From: the human T2T-CHM13v2.0 reference genome, Homo sapiens
Assembly (NCBI RefSeq): GCF_009914755.1
Contig: NC_060937.1
Length of the DNA stretch: 64,000 nucleotides
Direction: 5' to 3' (one strand)
Both the position numbers and the translations under genes were made by a program. Shown here one piece after another: positions 12,201-28,845 of this stretch (the first letter of the stretch is position 1; each line of letters starts with the position of its first letter). The notes beneath the pieces were generated by a model. That model saw only the letters and a list, made by a program, of their open reading frames with translations, made no database searches and was not told the origin of the DNA.

Positions 12201-15200
12201 GGTGGTGGTGGTCGTTATTCTAAATCTATGTAGACATCCTTTTCCCATTCCCCCAAGTAGATTTTATCTCCCAAAGGAGCCTTGGAAATTTGTCAGATTA
12301 GTTCTGTTGAAGATACTTTAGGATCTCTGTCTTATTCTGAGCTTTCTCCATGCAAGACAGTGTGCCAAGCCTAACTGAAATGCCTAAATAGGGTTCCTGC
12401 CCTACTGAAGCTTCCATTCTAGTGCCAGAAAAGGGGTGACAGGCCTTTCCATGGCCCAAGGCCATCAAGTTGCAGAAGTGGCCCATAAACTCCACAACCA
12501 ACAGGCCCAGGGATCAGAGGAGGGTGAGATCTATCACCACTGGCGTCATGGAAGAAGGACAATTCACTAGACAGAATGAGTGGACACCAGAAATGCCAAG
12601 CCCACACAGACCTTCTATAAATCAGATTTTAAGGACAACTGCAGATGGACGAGTTGTATTTAAATAATCCTGGTCTGGGGCAATTGGTCCAGAGGACATG
12701 CTTGACCAAGGTGATCTGCCATTGTCTGGCCAGAGGAGAAGAGACAGACTGAGCCAGCTTGATGTAATGTGAAGGGATATGAATTGGAGTATGTGGCAAG
12801 ACCAGCCAGAAGCTTGGAGGCAGACTCTGAAAAGAAGTCAGGATGCCATGTTGGGGCCACAGCACACTTTAGTTATGAGGAAGCCAAAGCTGGAAATGAG
12901 GCTAGGAGAGAAGTAAAGACATGATGAGAGAGAAATTAGGCAGCCCTTAAGGTGAGAGGGAACAACTGAGAAAGAATGATAGGAAGACAGTCAGAAAGAA
13001 GGAGAGACTGACCCATGGACAGAGTGACTCCTGGACAGACTGGCCAACAGAGACAGACCGAAGGAGAGAGAACAAACCTGGCGGACTGGGCTCCCTTCTT
13101 GAAGCCAGGCTGTGATGGGTACCTGGCTGCTAAGCTGGGGAGTGGGTCTTCAAGAAAGTGGGGCATAGGCTGGTGTGAGGAGAGGGGTCAAAGCGGTCAG
13201 ATCTTACCTTTCAAATTTCTCTACATTTTCTTTCACATAATTATGAAAGCAACATACACTCCAGCACATCGTCTTTGTTTTCCTTGCTCCATGCTGTTCT
13301 CCAGCCTCCAGGTCACCTGAGTCCTCAGAAAAGCACTGTCACACACACACTTCACACTCTGAGAAGACAAGGACATGTTCCAGAGGAGCTCCGATGGTAT
13401 TCTGGTAAGAAAGATGAGACAGGGACACAAATCACCTACATGGTTCGAGTATGTTCCAGGGCCTGTTGTATAGCAGAGGCAGAATAGTGCTGATGTCACA
13501 ACTCCAGTGTGAGATGAGCTTTGGGGACAGTGGGTAAGAAGAGCTGGCTTCTGCCCCTGCCTTGGCCACAAAACTAGCTCTATGATCTTGAGCAATTGGC
13601 TTAACCTATCTGGACATCTGTTTATACATTTGCAAAATGAGGAGGTTGAACTGGATGTCTTCCAAATTTGCTTGCCGTGCTCACATTCTAGATGCCGTGA
13701 TTCTAGGAACCCATGGTTATTTATATATCAGACTTTTTCGCAATGCCCAAACAGTGTTAACAGTGTTGCCAGCCATGTCAATAATATTTTATGTATGGTA
13801 TTACGATGAAGTGAATAGGTTATTTATCCTCTCTCAGTACAACTTGTGCTTCCATACAATTCTGACGTGCACGGTAAATCTCTCCTCCTTTGAACTCCCA
13901 AAGCATTTCAATCTAGACACCTCTTAGAGGACTCATCGCATTCTGCTCTATAGCATGGTTATTCAGAAAAATGCCTTATTGTTCATGACTGAATGTTAAG
14001 CTCCCTGAATGCTTCCTGGAAACCCAGTTGCACAGAGAAGGAGGAATGAGGCTTCCGGGGATGCACTCACCTGGATAACCCCAAGAGTCCAAAATAATAC
14101 CTTGCGTGGAATTGACGCTCAATACTTGCTCTGAACAAACTCGTAGTTGCGGAGAATGTAAAACGTAAAAGGAATTTGCCAGATGAGTCTAACAAATCTC
14201 CCATCCTTCACTTCTCTCCCAGTGCACCAGGATGGCCAACCTGAAAACTTTGCCTAAAATTAATAAGCATAAAAGGTGGCCTGCAGTCTCGCTGCTGCTA
14301 AAGGGCTTGGGGAGACAATGCCCAATGCAGAGAGAGGAGCAGTTGCTGAGAATGTCAAGAAGCAAAGAAACAGCAGGACACGCATAATCCTAGTCATGGA
14401 ATGTATTTATGAGATGGCTCTCAATATACAAAAAGGGAATGCTATATGGACCTGGAGGAACCAGCCAATATCAGATTGGCTGGCAGGCAGTTTCTCACCT
14501 GAGAAAATGAGAATTAAAAAAAAAAAAAAAATAGAGTAACTATCAAGGACCCTCTCAAGGCAAAGTCCCCTTAAGCCATATTTTCTAATCATCCTGCAAG
14601 AAACTTCAGATTGGGGCCCAGTGGTTTTATTCGAACAAGATTTCATCAGTCCTCTAAATGTACAGGCAACTCTAGAGCCCTCTATTTCCTGGGCTTGCCC
14701 CCCATCTCCCCCTGCAGATGCTCTGGGATCCCGTTAATAATCTACTTCCAAACGGCTCCTCCGTGTCCTAACCCCTGGCCACCTCTACCCTACCTCCAGG
14801 CCTCATTCCCCTGCCTGCCTGGCTGAAGGACACAGGCCTCTTTTGTCATCAGCAATCCCTACACTTGCTGGGGTCAAGGACCCTGCCTCCTTCCTACTCC
14901 ATTGGGGCCCACATCCTGCTTCTCTCCTTCCACCTCAGCAACCCTCCACTGTGCTGTCTCACATTCCAGACACCTTCTCCCCTCCCTTATTGCTTTCTTC
15001 CATCACTAACACTGACTCTAGAAGCATGCTCAGTCAGGGACCCAGGAGCGAGTGATTTGGGGTGTCCTGCAGTACACCACCCAAGCGCCTGCTAGTCTGG
15101 ATTTCTGTGAGCTGAAGTTTTGTTTGTGTAAACTTGCAAGCTGTTTTTTATTTCCCTCCTATGTTGATTCACATTAAAACAGTTACTGAGTTCAAACTTT

Positions 15201-17069
15201 GGGATGGGGGCGAAGGGAGTTTACTCAGCTGAGACTGGAGATGGCCAATGGGATGGCCAAAGGGCCTCAAACCTGCTGTTCCTGGACAAATGTGCATCCT
15301 CCCCAGCCTGCCTGCCGCGGGCACAGGGTGCTGGGCTGCAGCTAGCTTCTTCCCCAAGGACTGGTGGCCAGCCACAGATCTCAGGGCTGCTTGTTTCTGA
15401 TTGAAAAACTCACAGTACAAACTCTCTCGGACTAGTAGGAAAATGAGAGGCTGTTAAGTACGGAGACCTCTGTGAATTGTGCCAAGAACTCTCTGTCACA
15501 CGGCCCTAGTGTGCTGAAACAGGCTGGAAAGGCCAGTCTTACAAAAGAGTTAAATGAAGGCCACATCACCAGCCCGCTGCTGCTGCAAATCTGACAGGAA
15601 CAGGACGTTCTAGAATGGCTCCACCCTGGAGCCTCAATCCATCAATCCCAGCACAGAATACCCAGTGCCAGGCTCTAACAGCTGCCCGCAGACCCCCTCT
15701 CTCACCTCTCTGCCAGGCTCCTGCTTTGTCACCAGGCTCCTAATTAGCTATGGAAACAGCACACACTTTGCATTGCGTCACTTGCATCTCTCCGTGTCCC
15801 ACACATCAGCATGCGTGGCACAGAGAGCCCGTGAGTTCAGAAAGACGCAGCCTAGTGCCCTAGTTGGCTATTGTTTATCATCCGTCTTGATAACTGGCAT
15901 ATACTCAGGTGGCCACACAGGTTGTGTCTAAAACATCTGGCCAGTTGTTGATCTCCCCAGATGTGTGGCAGTTGGCAGTGCTGGTCCTTGTCTCCCTTTA
16001 GCCTCCTACAAAAAGTAGTCCAGCCCCTCCCCTGGCATTCCTTCCTCATGCAGTGTGGAAATCAGTTTCTGGCAGCCTGCCCACAGCTGCCCCAGCCTGG
16101 TCCCTCTTCACAGCCCACCTGCCCCTCCACCAGTCATCCCCACGTGTGCAACCACATCCACTTCTGTCCTGGCACTTTCCATCAGTGGATTTATCTCTGT
16201 CAAGTGTTCCTGCCAAGCTTTTTTCCAAGGACTGCCTTAAGTACAGCAACAAGTATACACCACCCAGAGTCTCCCTGACAGATACTGGATGAGTCTTCCG
16301 ACCAGGTAGTTTGTATTTTAGCAAGAGGAACCCAAATTTCAAATTCTCGTCCTAGCTGGTATTTCCCTTCCTGAAATACAAGGGCTCCCCAAGTACTTCT
16401 CCGTGACTGATCCATTTTTCTCTCTTACAGATGTCTACAACTTTCCTACTCCCACCCCCGCAAATTCCTCCAACACAGCTCCATCGATAAAAGTCATATT
16501 TGCCTTCTAAATCACAACCCAGAATTTTCAGAAAATTTCCATGACTTCATTGCAGGCTGCTCTTTGCAATGTCTTTTTTCCTTTGTGATTCTCTCCCACT
16601 GCTGCTGGTGCCCACCTGGTTCCTACCCTCACCTTCCCTGCAGAAGCTGATGGTGGAAGTGAAGATGATGATGGTGATGATGATGGTGACGAGAGCTAAC
16701 ATTTACTGGGCATCAATATTGCACTGGGTGCTGTTCTAAGCACTTTACATATAAGATTCACCAAGTCTTCCCTCTGCATGTTATTTTAGTTTTTCTAAAC
16801 TCTTACCTGAGAAAACTACCAGAGTGCGCAGAGGAGGGAAGAAGCCATAATAGCCAATCAGATCAATATCAATATCTCTGATGTCCTGATTTGGCATGTT
16901 TTATGGTCTTTATCCCTCTATCTATAACTCCCACATATTCAGGCCTATGTCTTCTTGGTCCTGAACATATAACCTTGCTTTTAAACTAAGAAGTAATATT
17001 TCATTTTTAAAATTGCATGTTTTTATAAACGAAACATTGAATTTCCAATGGTAAATCAAGAGAACACAG

Positions 17070-17280
17070 ATTTGGGATAAGAATGATACATATTTTTAAG
17101 TCCTGCCTCTGCCAATTACTAGCTTTGTGATTCTGGGTGTATTTCTTAATGCTTCTGAGACTTTGTTTCATTATGTATAGAATGAAAACAATACAGACCT
17201 TGCAGATTTTTGAAAATTGCAAGAAGCGATGTTTGCAAAGTACCTACCTTATTGCTCTGCACCTAATAGACGCTACAGAA
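17070..17280 (+). mobile_element. MIR SINE
   Basis: ctctgccaattactagctttgtgattctggg...tttgtttcattatgtatagaatg. Confidence 0.6.
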
Positions 17281-17555
17281 ATACCTCATCCTTTTCTAAA
17301 AAGATGTCTATTGTGTCAGTGTAGCAGGTGGGTATGAAAGGCACAGATTTCTCTTCAATACTTTTCTCAGTGCAACGTCTTTCCCAGAAACCGGGGGAAA
17401 ACTCTTCATGTGACATACAACACAGAAGTCACCTTGTCCATAGCATACCAGAGCTAACAATTGTTATGCATTCTGCTCTGTGCAAATTGCAAGCCTAAAA
17501 TCTTCCTTTTGTCCTCTACTTCCCTGGAGTCTCTCAGTGAGTTTACTCTGAGATC

Positions 17556-17973
17556 TGTATTAGGCTGTTCTCACATTGCTATACAGAACTACCTGAGACC
17601 GGGTAATTTATAAAAAAAAAAAAAAAAGAGGCTTAATTGGCTCACGGTTCTGCAGGCTGTACAGCAAGCATGATGCTGACATCTGCTCAGCTTCTGATGA
17701 GGCCACAGGAAACTTACAAATATGGTGGAAGGCAAAGGGGAAGCGCACACTTCCCACAGCCAAAGTAGAAGCAAGGGTGGGCAGGGGAGGTGCTACCCAC
17801 TTTTAAACAACCAGAACTCACTATCATGAGAACAGCACCATAGGGATAGTGCCAAACCATTTATGAGAAAACCACCCCCATGATCCAATCACCTCCCACT
17901 AGGCCCCACCTTTAACATAAGGGATTACAAGTCAACATGAGATTTGGTGGGGACACAGATCCAAACCGTATCA
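17556..17973 (-). mobile_element. MST (MaLR) solo LTR
   Basis: tgtattaggctgttctcacattgctat...ggggacacagatccaaaccgtatca; TSD AGATC/GGATC (4/5). Confidence 0.9.
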
Positions 17974-18077
17974 GGATCCTCAATAGGATTTTGTCTTCTG
18001 ACTTGTTCACCAGGCTCCACGTCTTGTTGACCTGAGAACACTTCAGGGTGGTGGGCACTTGAGAAAACAAGATTTGC

Positions 18078-18270
18078 AGCAGTGACCCCCAAAATATTGT
18101 CAACAGATGGACCATCAGCATCAACAACATTTGGGAGCTTGTCAGAATGCAAGTTCTCAGGCCCTACTCCAGATCCACTAAATCATGGGAGTCTGGAGAT
18201 AGGGCCCAGAAATCAGTGTTTTCACAAACCCTCCAGGCAATGCTAATGAAGGCTCAGGTTTGAGAACCTA
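18078..18270. mobile_element. MER5A hAT-Charlie relic
   Basis: cagcatcaac...tgggagcttgtcagaatgcaagttctcaggccctactccaga...ggtttgagaacc. Confidence 0.8.
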
Positions 18271-18860
18271 CAAACAGAATAAGTGGTGGCAGTTCCAGCA
18301 GTATGACTGCAGATCAAAGGATCCAACCTCTGGAGGCACACTGTCAGCTGCCTCCACAGGTAAGGCCACTCACCATGGAAGGGAGACACCATGTCTCCTC
18401 ACAGAGGCGTCCTTCCCCCCACACAGCCTCCGTAGCATTTCCCCTGCTGCTGTGGCTTAGAAGAGACAGCACACCTGAGACAGATATCTGCAAGCCCAAC
18501 CCAGGTGCCCTGTTACTGCTCAAACACAAGGTTTGGAATCTGTTCTCCTAAACACCACTCTTTACTCATCCTGAGACTGGGGAAGCACCTCCAACTTGCA
18601 CCTGGTTTATTCTCACTCAGCAGGGAGTGGAACAGATAAACCAAAGGTGTTATCAGTCACCGCCCAGTCACCCACACTCTCTCAGGTGAAGCTGTGTCTT
18701 CCACAGTCCCAGGAGCCAGGCTAACCAGTTACAATTCTCCCAAGTCAGCAGGAAGCAAGGAACAGGAAAGGTCAGCGCTCAGAGCTCCGACTGTAATTAA
18801 TAACCCAAAGGACGTATCCCAAACACCCTTCTTCCTCCATAGAAAATGCTCCTTTTCAAG

Positions 18861-19223
18861 CGCTATGGTTTGAATACTTTTGTCCCCTCCAAAAGTCACG
18901 TTGAAACTTAATCCCCTCCAAAATTCAGCTGTTGCCAATGTGACAGTATGAAGAAGGGTGCCTTTAAGAGGTGATCAGGCCATGAGGCCTGCTCCCTCGT
19001 TAATGGAATTAAGGCCCTTTTGAAAGGAGTTTCATAAAGTTCAGCTAGATGCGCTCTTGCCCTTCTGCCTCCTGCCACGTGAGAATGCAGTAAGAAGGCC
19101 CACGCCACATGCCAGTGACTTAATCTTGGAGTTCCCAGCCTCCAGAACTGTGAAAAATACATTTCCATTCTTTATAAGTTAGTCTGTGGTATTCTGTTAT
19201 AGCAACACAAGTGGACTAAGGCA
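18861..19223 (+). mobile_element. MSTD/MLT1A-like MaLR solo LTR
   Basis: cgctatggtttgaat...tctgttatagcaacacaagtggactaaggca; perfect TSD TCAAG at 18856-18860 and 19224-19228. Confidence 0.88.
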
Positions 19224-19239
19224 TCAAGATTGCGGAAGA

Positions 19240-19387
19240 GGCCAGGCACAGCAGGTGTGGTGGCCCACAGCTGCAACCCCAACACTTTGGGAGGCCAAGG
19301 CAGGGGATTACTGGAGGACAGGAGCTCAAGACCAGCCTGGGCAACATAGCAAGACCCTATCTAAAAACATATATGTTAAACATTTAG
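19240..19387 (+). mobile_element. AluJ left arm (split by the L1 insertion)
   Basis: ggccaggcac...cactttgggaggccaaggcagg...accagcctgggcaacatagcaagaccct; ends in the A-rich linker at the L1 TSD. Confidence 0.88.
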
Positions 19388-19389
19388 AC

Positions 19390-20294
19390 GGGAGGAGCCA
19401 AGATAGCCGAATAGGAACAGCTCCAGTCTACAGCTCCCAGCGTGAGCGACGCAGAACACGGGTGATTTCTGCATTTCCATCTGAGGTACTGGGTTCATCT
19501 CACTAGGGAGTGCCAGACAGTGGGCGCAGGTCAGTGGGTGCACGCACCGTGCACGACCCGAAGCAGGGCGAGGCATTGCCTCACTTGGGAAGCGCAAGGG
19601 GTCAGGGAGTTCCCTTTCTGAGTCAAAGAAAGGGGTGATGGACGGCACCTGGAAAATCCGGTCACTCTCACCCCAATACTGCGCTTTTCCGACGGGCTTG
19701 GAAAGCGGCGCACCGCGAGATTGTATCCCGCACCTGGCTCGGAGGGTCCTGCGCCCACGGAGTCTCGCTGATTGCTAGCACAGCAGTCTGAGATCGAGCT
19801 GCGGGGCGGCAGTGAGGCTGGGGGAGGGGCGCCCACCATTGCCCAGGCTTGCTTAGGTAAACAAAGCAGCCGGGAAGCTCGAACTGGGTGGAGCCCACCA
19901 CAGCTCAAGGAGGCCTGCCTGCCTCTGTAGGCTCCACCTCTGGGGGCAGAGCACAGACAAACAAAAAGTCAGCAGTAACCTCTGCAGACTTAAATGTCCC
20001 TGTCTGACAGCTTTGAAGAGAGCAGTGGGTCTCCCAGCACGCAGCTGGAGATCTGAGAACGGGCAGACTGCCTCCTCAAGTGGGTCCCTGACCCCTGACC
20101 CCCGAGCAGCCTAACTGGGAGGCACCCCCCAGCAGGGGCACACTGACACCTCACACGGCAGGGTACTCCAACAGACCTGCAGCTGAGGGTCCTCTCTGTT
20201 AGAAGGAAAACTAACAAACAGAAAGGACATCCACACCAAAAACCCATCTGTACATCACCATCATCAAAGACCAAAAGTAGATAAAACCACAAAG
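19390..20294 (+). promoter_or_regulatory. L1 5'UTR internal sense promoter and antisense promoter
   Basis: CpG-rich L1 5'UTR; RUNX-type site tgcatttccatctgaggta near 19470; SOX-type aacaaa sites; YY1 box reads AAGATAGCC at 19400-19408. Confidence 0.9.
19531..19839 (-). CDS. ORF0: L1 antisense ORF0 (102 aa in this copy)
   Basis: ATG at 19839 gives MVGAPPPASLPPRSSISDCCASNQRDSV..., recognisable as primate L1 ORF0; open to the stop at 19531. Confidence 0.7.
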   Translation of the reverse strand: MVGAPPPASLPPRSSISDCCASNQRDSVGAGPSEPGAGYNLAVRRFPSPSEKRSIGVRVTGFSRCRPSPLSLTQKGNSLTPCASQVRQCLALLRVVHGACTH

Positions 20295-21311
20295 ATGGGG
20301 AAAAAACAGAACAGAAAAACTGGAAACTCTAAAAAGCAGAGCGCCTCTCCTCCTCCAAAGGAACGCAGTTCCTCACCAGCAACGGAACAAAGCTGGATGG
20401 AGAATGACTTTGACGAGCTGAGAGAAGAAGGCTTCAGACGATCAAATTACTCTGAGCTACGGGAGGACATTCAAACCAAAGGCAAAGAAGTTGAAAACTT
20501 TGAAAAAAATTTAGAAGAATGTATAACTAGAATAACCAATACAGAGAAGTGCTTAAAGGAGCTGATGGAGCTGAAAACCAAGGCTCGAGAACTACGTGAA
20601 GAATGCAGAAGCCTCAGGAGCCGATGTGATCAACTGGAAGAAAGGGTAACAGCGATGGAAGATGAAATGAATGAAATGAAGCGAGAAGGGAAGTTTAGAG
20701 AAAAAAGAATAAAAAGAAATGAGCAAAGCCTCCAAGAAATATGGGACTATGTGAAAAGACCAAATCTACGTCTGATTGGTGTACCTGAAAGTGATGCAGA
20801 GAATGGAACCAAGTTGGAAGACACTCTGCAGGATATTATCCAGGAGAACTTCCCCAATCTAGCAAGGCAGGCCAACGTTCAGATTCAGGAAACACAGAGA
20901 ACGCCACAAAGATACTCCTCGAGAAGAGCAACTCCAAGACACATAATTGTCAGATTCACCAAAGTTGAAATGAAGGAAAAAATGTTAAGGGCAGCCAGAG
21001 AGAAAGGTCGGGTTACCCTCAAAGGGAAGCCCATCAGACTAACAGCGGATCTCTCGGCAGAAACCCTACAAGCCAGAAGAGAGTGGGGGCCAATATTCAA
21101 CATTCTTAAAGAAAAGAATTTTCAACGCAGAATTTCATATCCAGCCAAACTAAGCTTCATAAGTGAAGGAGAAATAAAATACTTTACAGACAAGCAAATG
21201 CTGAGAGATTTTGTCACCACCAGGCCTGCCTTACAAGAGCTCCTGAAGGAAGCACTAAACATGGAAAGGAACAACCGGTACCAGCTGCTGCAAAATCATG
21301 CCAAAATGTAA
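20295..21311 (+). CDS. ORF1: LINE-1 ORF1p RNA-binding chaperone, 338 aa
   Basis: MGKKQNRKTGNSK start; coiled coil; REKG, ARR and YPAKLS motifs intact; canonical length. Confidence 0.98.
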   Translation: MGKKQNRKTGNSKKQSASPPPKERSSSPATEQSWMENDFDELREEGFRRSNYSELREDIQTKGKEVENFEKNLEECITRITNTEKCLKELMELKTKARELREECRSLRSRCDQLEERVTAMEDEMNEMKREGKFREKRIKRNEQSLQEIWDYVKRPNLRLIGVPESDAENGTKLEDTLQDIIQENFPNLARQANVQIQETQRTPQRYSSRRATPRHIIVRFTKVEMKEKMLRAAREKGRVTLKGKPIRLTADLSAETLQARREWGPIFNILKEKNFQRRISYPAKLSFISEGEIKYFTDKQMLRDFVTTRPALQELLKEALNMERNNRYQLLQNHAKM

Positions 21312-21359
21312 AGACCATCGAGACTAGGAAGAAACTGCATCAACTAACGAGCAAAATAA

Positions 21360-25202
<3,843 letters not shown>

Positions 25203-25458
25203 ACAATGAGATCACATGGACACAGGAAGGGGAATATCACACTCTGGGGACTGTTGTGGGGTGGGGGGAGGGGGGAGGGATAGCATCAGGAGATATACCT
25301 AATGCTAGATGACGAGTTAGTGGGTGCAGTGCACCAGCATGGCACATGTATACATATGTAACTAACCTGCACAATGTGCACATGTACCCTAAAACTTAAA
25401 GTATAATTAAAAAAAAATAATAATAATGCAAAAACAAAACAAAAAAAAAAAACAAAAA

Positions 25459-25630
25459 AAACATTTAGCTGAATGTGGTGGTATGCCCCTGTAGTCCTAA
25501 CTTCTAGGGAGGCTGAGGTAGGAGGATCGCTTGAGCCCAAGAATTTGAGCTATAGTTAGGTGTGATGGCACCACCGCACTCCAGCCTGGGCAACAGAGTG
25601 AGATCCTGTCTCTAAAAAACAAACGAAAAA
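25459..25630 (+). mobile_element. AluJ right arm (continuation of 19240-19387)
   Basis: ttagctgaatgtggtgg...ggaggatcgcttgagccc...cactccagcctgggcaacagagtgagatcctgtctc and A tail. Confidence 0.88.
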
Positions 25631-27064
25631 GGATTACAGGTGACCTCTTCACCCAAACCCAATGGATTTGACTGTCAGTAGCCCCACCTTCCCTCCTGCC
25701 TCCAACCTAACCTCCAAGGGTTCTGTCTTCCTCTGACTCACCACTCCCCACCCCTGCCCCACAGTCTGGCTGCCTATGGCTTCGCTTCATATTCCAGTCC
25801 AGAGAAACTCACACTCCATGTTTGCAACTACCCAGTGGGTAGCTCAGGAGCCCTGAAGTTTGACTGGAAAGGAAGTGATGAGGCCGGCATAAGATAACGT
25901 GAGTGAATCACTGAAATGATTCTGTTCTCTTAACTCTAGAAGTCAGGAGGCTTTTTTTAATTAGGAAATTTGAGAACTAAAAACTATGGAAGCGGACAAT
26001 GTAGCCGACAGGGAAGGTGGCCACCTTCCTGCTCTAGCTCCTTTATTTCCCACTCACTAAGAAACTCTGCCCCAGCCCTCCTCCTCCTCCTCGGCGTTTT
26101 CTTCAGTTCCATGAGCCACCAGCATCTTTCCAATTAATTAAGTAAACCTGAGTAGGTCTCTTGCCTGCAAAGAGTCTGATGGATAACCCCTTCTCAGAAC
26201 ACCACTCAACTCCCAGCTCTTCCTCAAAGACCCACACAGACCCCTCTCGGATCCCCTTCACTTCTCATTTGGGCCTCACTGATCATCTCTGACCTAAGGT
26301 AACACCAGGCATTCTATACCACGTGTGCATGGCCATAAGGCATCATGAAAACCCTGCAGCGTCAAAGGGACCTGCATTTGAATACTGTCTAACCACGATT
26401 TAACTCTCTGCCTGGGAGATGTTATTTAACTTACCTTCTGAACTGCACTTCCTGGGGATACTGAGCAAGAAATGAACAAGAAATGCATGGAGCCCAGTCC
26501 ACTCTCTGCCAAACGCTACATACACAGCCAGTGTTCCTATCTTCCCTGACTACTTGATGTCCCGTTTTAGATGGATGGTTCTTCTTGAGGCAAGGACTAC
26601 GGTTTATACCTCTGTATCTAAGCACCTAGGAGGTGGGCTTTGTCTTTGGTGTTGTCATCTCATGCCCAATCCTAATCCCAGCCATTGCCTGTGGAATCAG
26701 CAGGAGCACTTTGACATTCAATGATAATGGTATTAATGACTGTAATTGTATTTGCCATGAGTTGTATTTGGAACAAATGTCTCTAACTGTATTTTTTAAA
26801 GCTTTGTTTTGGTTGCTATTCTATTAATATGCAGCTCCACAAAAGCTAAGAACTAGAAGAAAAAATCTATAAGAAATCAGAAGCAGGATGAAATTCTACC
26901 CAAGTGTTTAATCATCCCTAGAGTCGTGTTATTCTTCATCATGACCTAATCTTTCCTGCTGAAACTTCATCTCATTTTCTATGACATTCTACATTTTCAT
27001 AATATACTTTAGATAGCCTCCAAGCCACTTTTCAGCTTTTATCTCCAGCTTATTTTACATTGTT

Positions 27065-27300
27065 CTCATAGCAGCTCATAGTAAGCACTATGCTAAGCAC
27101 TTTGCATATATTTTTACCTTAATTCTTATAATGATTTATGACTACCTCCTATACTATATAAACATTATAAACATTATTATTATCACCATTTTATAAATGA
27201 GTAAGCTGCGGCTTAGAGGTCATGTACCTTGCCCAAGGTCATGCAGCAAGTAATTAATGGTGTCAGCGTCTGCACCTGAGTAGTCTGATGCCAGCACACA
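27065..27300 (-). mobile_element. MIR SINE
   Basis: gcactatgctaagcactttgcatat...ccattttataaatgag...cttgcccaaggtcatgcagc. Confidence 0.75.
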
Positions 27301-28237
27301 GACTGCGTCAGAGATTCCATAACTTCCATAACTTCTAAGGTTTTAATGTTCTTGTTGGCCTTTCTCTCATTTCTCTTTATCCATCATGATAAATGTACAC
27401 CAATATTGATAAGAACTATCCTGATGGTAAGAATGGGAAAAAGATCTTAGTGTCCACGAGGACCATGTTTACAGCACAGAATAGCTAACGAAGAGGCATC
27501 AAAAAGAACCCAACTCATGCAATTAAATAATTGCACGAATTACTGGACAAAGACTTGTGGCAGCTAGAACCTCAAGCCAACGCCTGACATTAAAGAATCC
27601 CTGCTTGTAATTAACAATAACTCTGATTTCATGAGCAGCTACGATGTGCTTTTTAGCACAAGGCACCCTGCGGATGGCCCTTGTAGATGAGAAAATGGGA
27701 ATTCAGAGTCATTAGGTGACTTGCTCAGAGTCATGTAGCCACAAGTGGCAGATCTGGTATCTATTTTATTTTGACCTCTGTTTTAGCCCAGAGCCTGTGC
27801 TGACCACATATTCTCCAGAACCCAATACCATCACCTGATGGCCATGGGCAACACCTCTCGTCTATCTCAGAGACTTGGTGGGAGGATGGTCTGCACACCC
27901 TCTCCCCATAACATAAAGAATTCATTCATGTCACCTCTGCCCACATGCAGCTCAGCCTTCTATTCATTCACCCACTATTCAGGCAGTGGATGCCAGAATT
28001 TTAACACCTTATATTTATAGAAGGTTTTGCAGTCACAGAAGCTTTTTCAAGATGAAGCTCAGGTGAGCTTGGTAAATCAGTGAAAGGCTCTTAATTTAGT
28101 GTTCTTCCCATTTTGCCTTCCTCTCTCTTGTCAAAAAGTGCTATCTGCATTTAAAAAAAAAAAAAAAAACTCTGTTGTGGTGGAGGTTAGTGAGAAAAAT
28201 TCAGACCTCATTTCTCCTCTACCAACCTGAGATACTT

Positions 28238-28845
<608 letters not shown>

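Noticed and set aside
16415-16500. Strong plus-strand splice acceptor (ttttctctcttacag|ATG); a similar one ends at 6529
   Set aside because: No matching donor or coding frame follows; isolated acceptor-like words are common.
25257-25280. G-quadruplex-forming tract as a novelty
   Set aside because: It is the standard G-rich tract of the L1 3'UTR.
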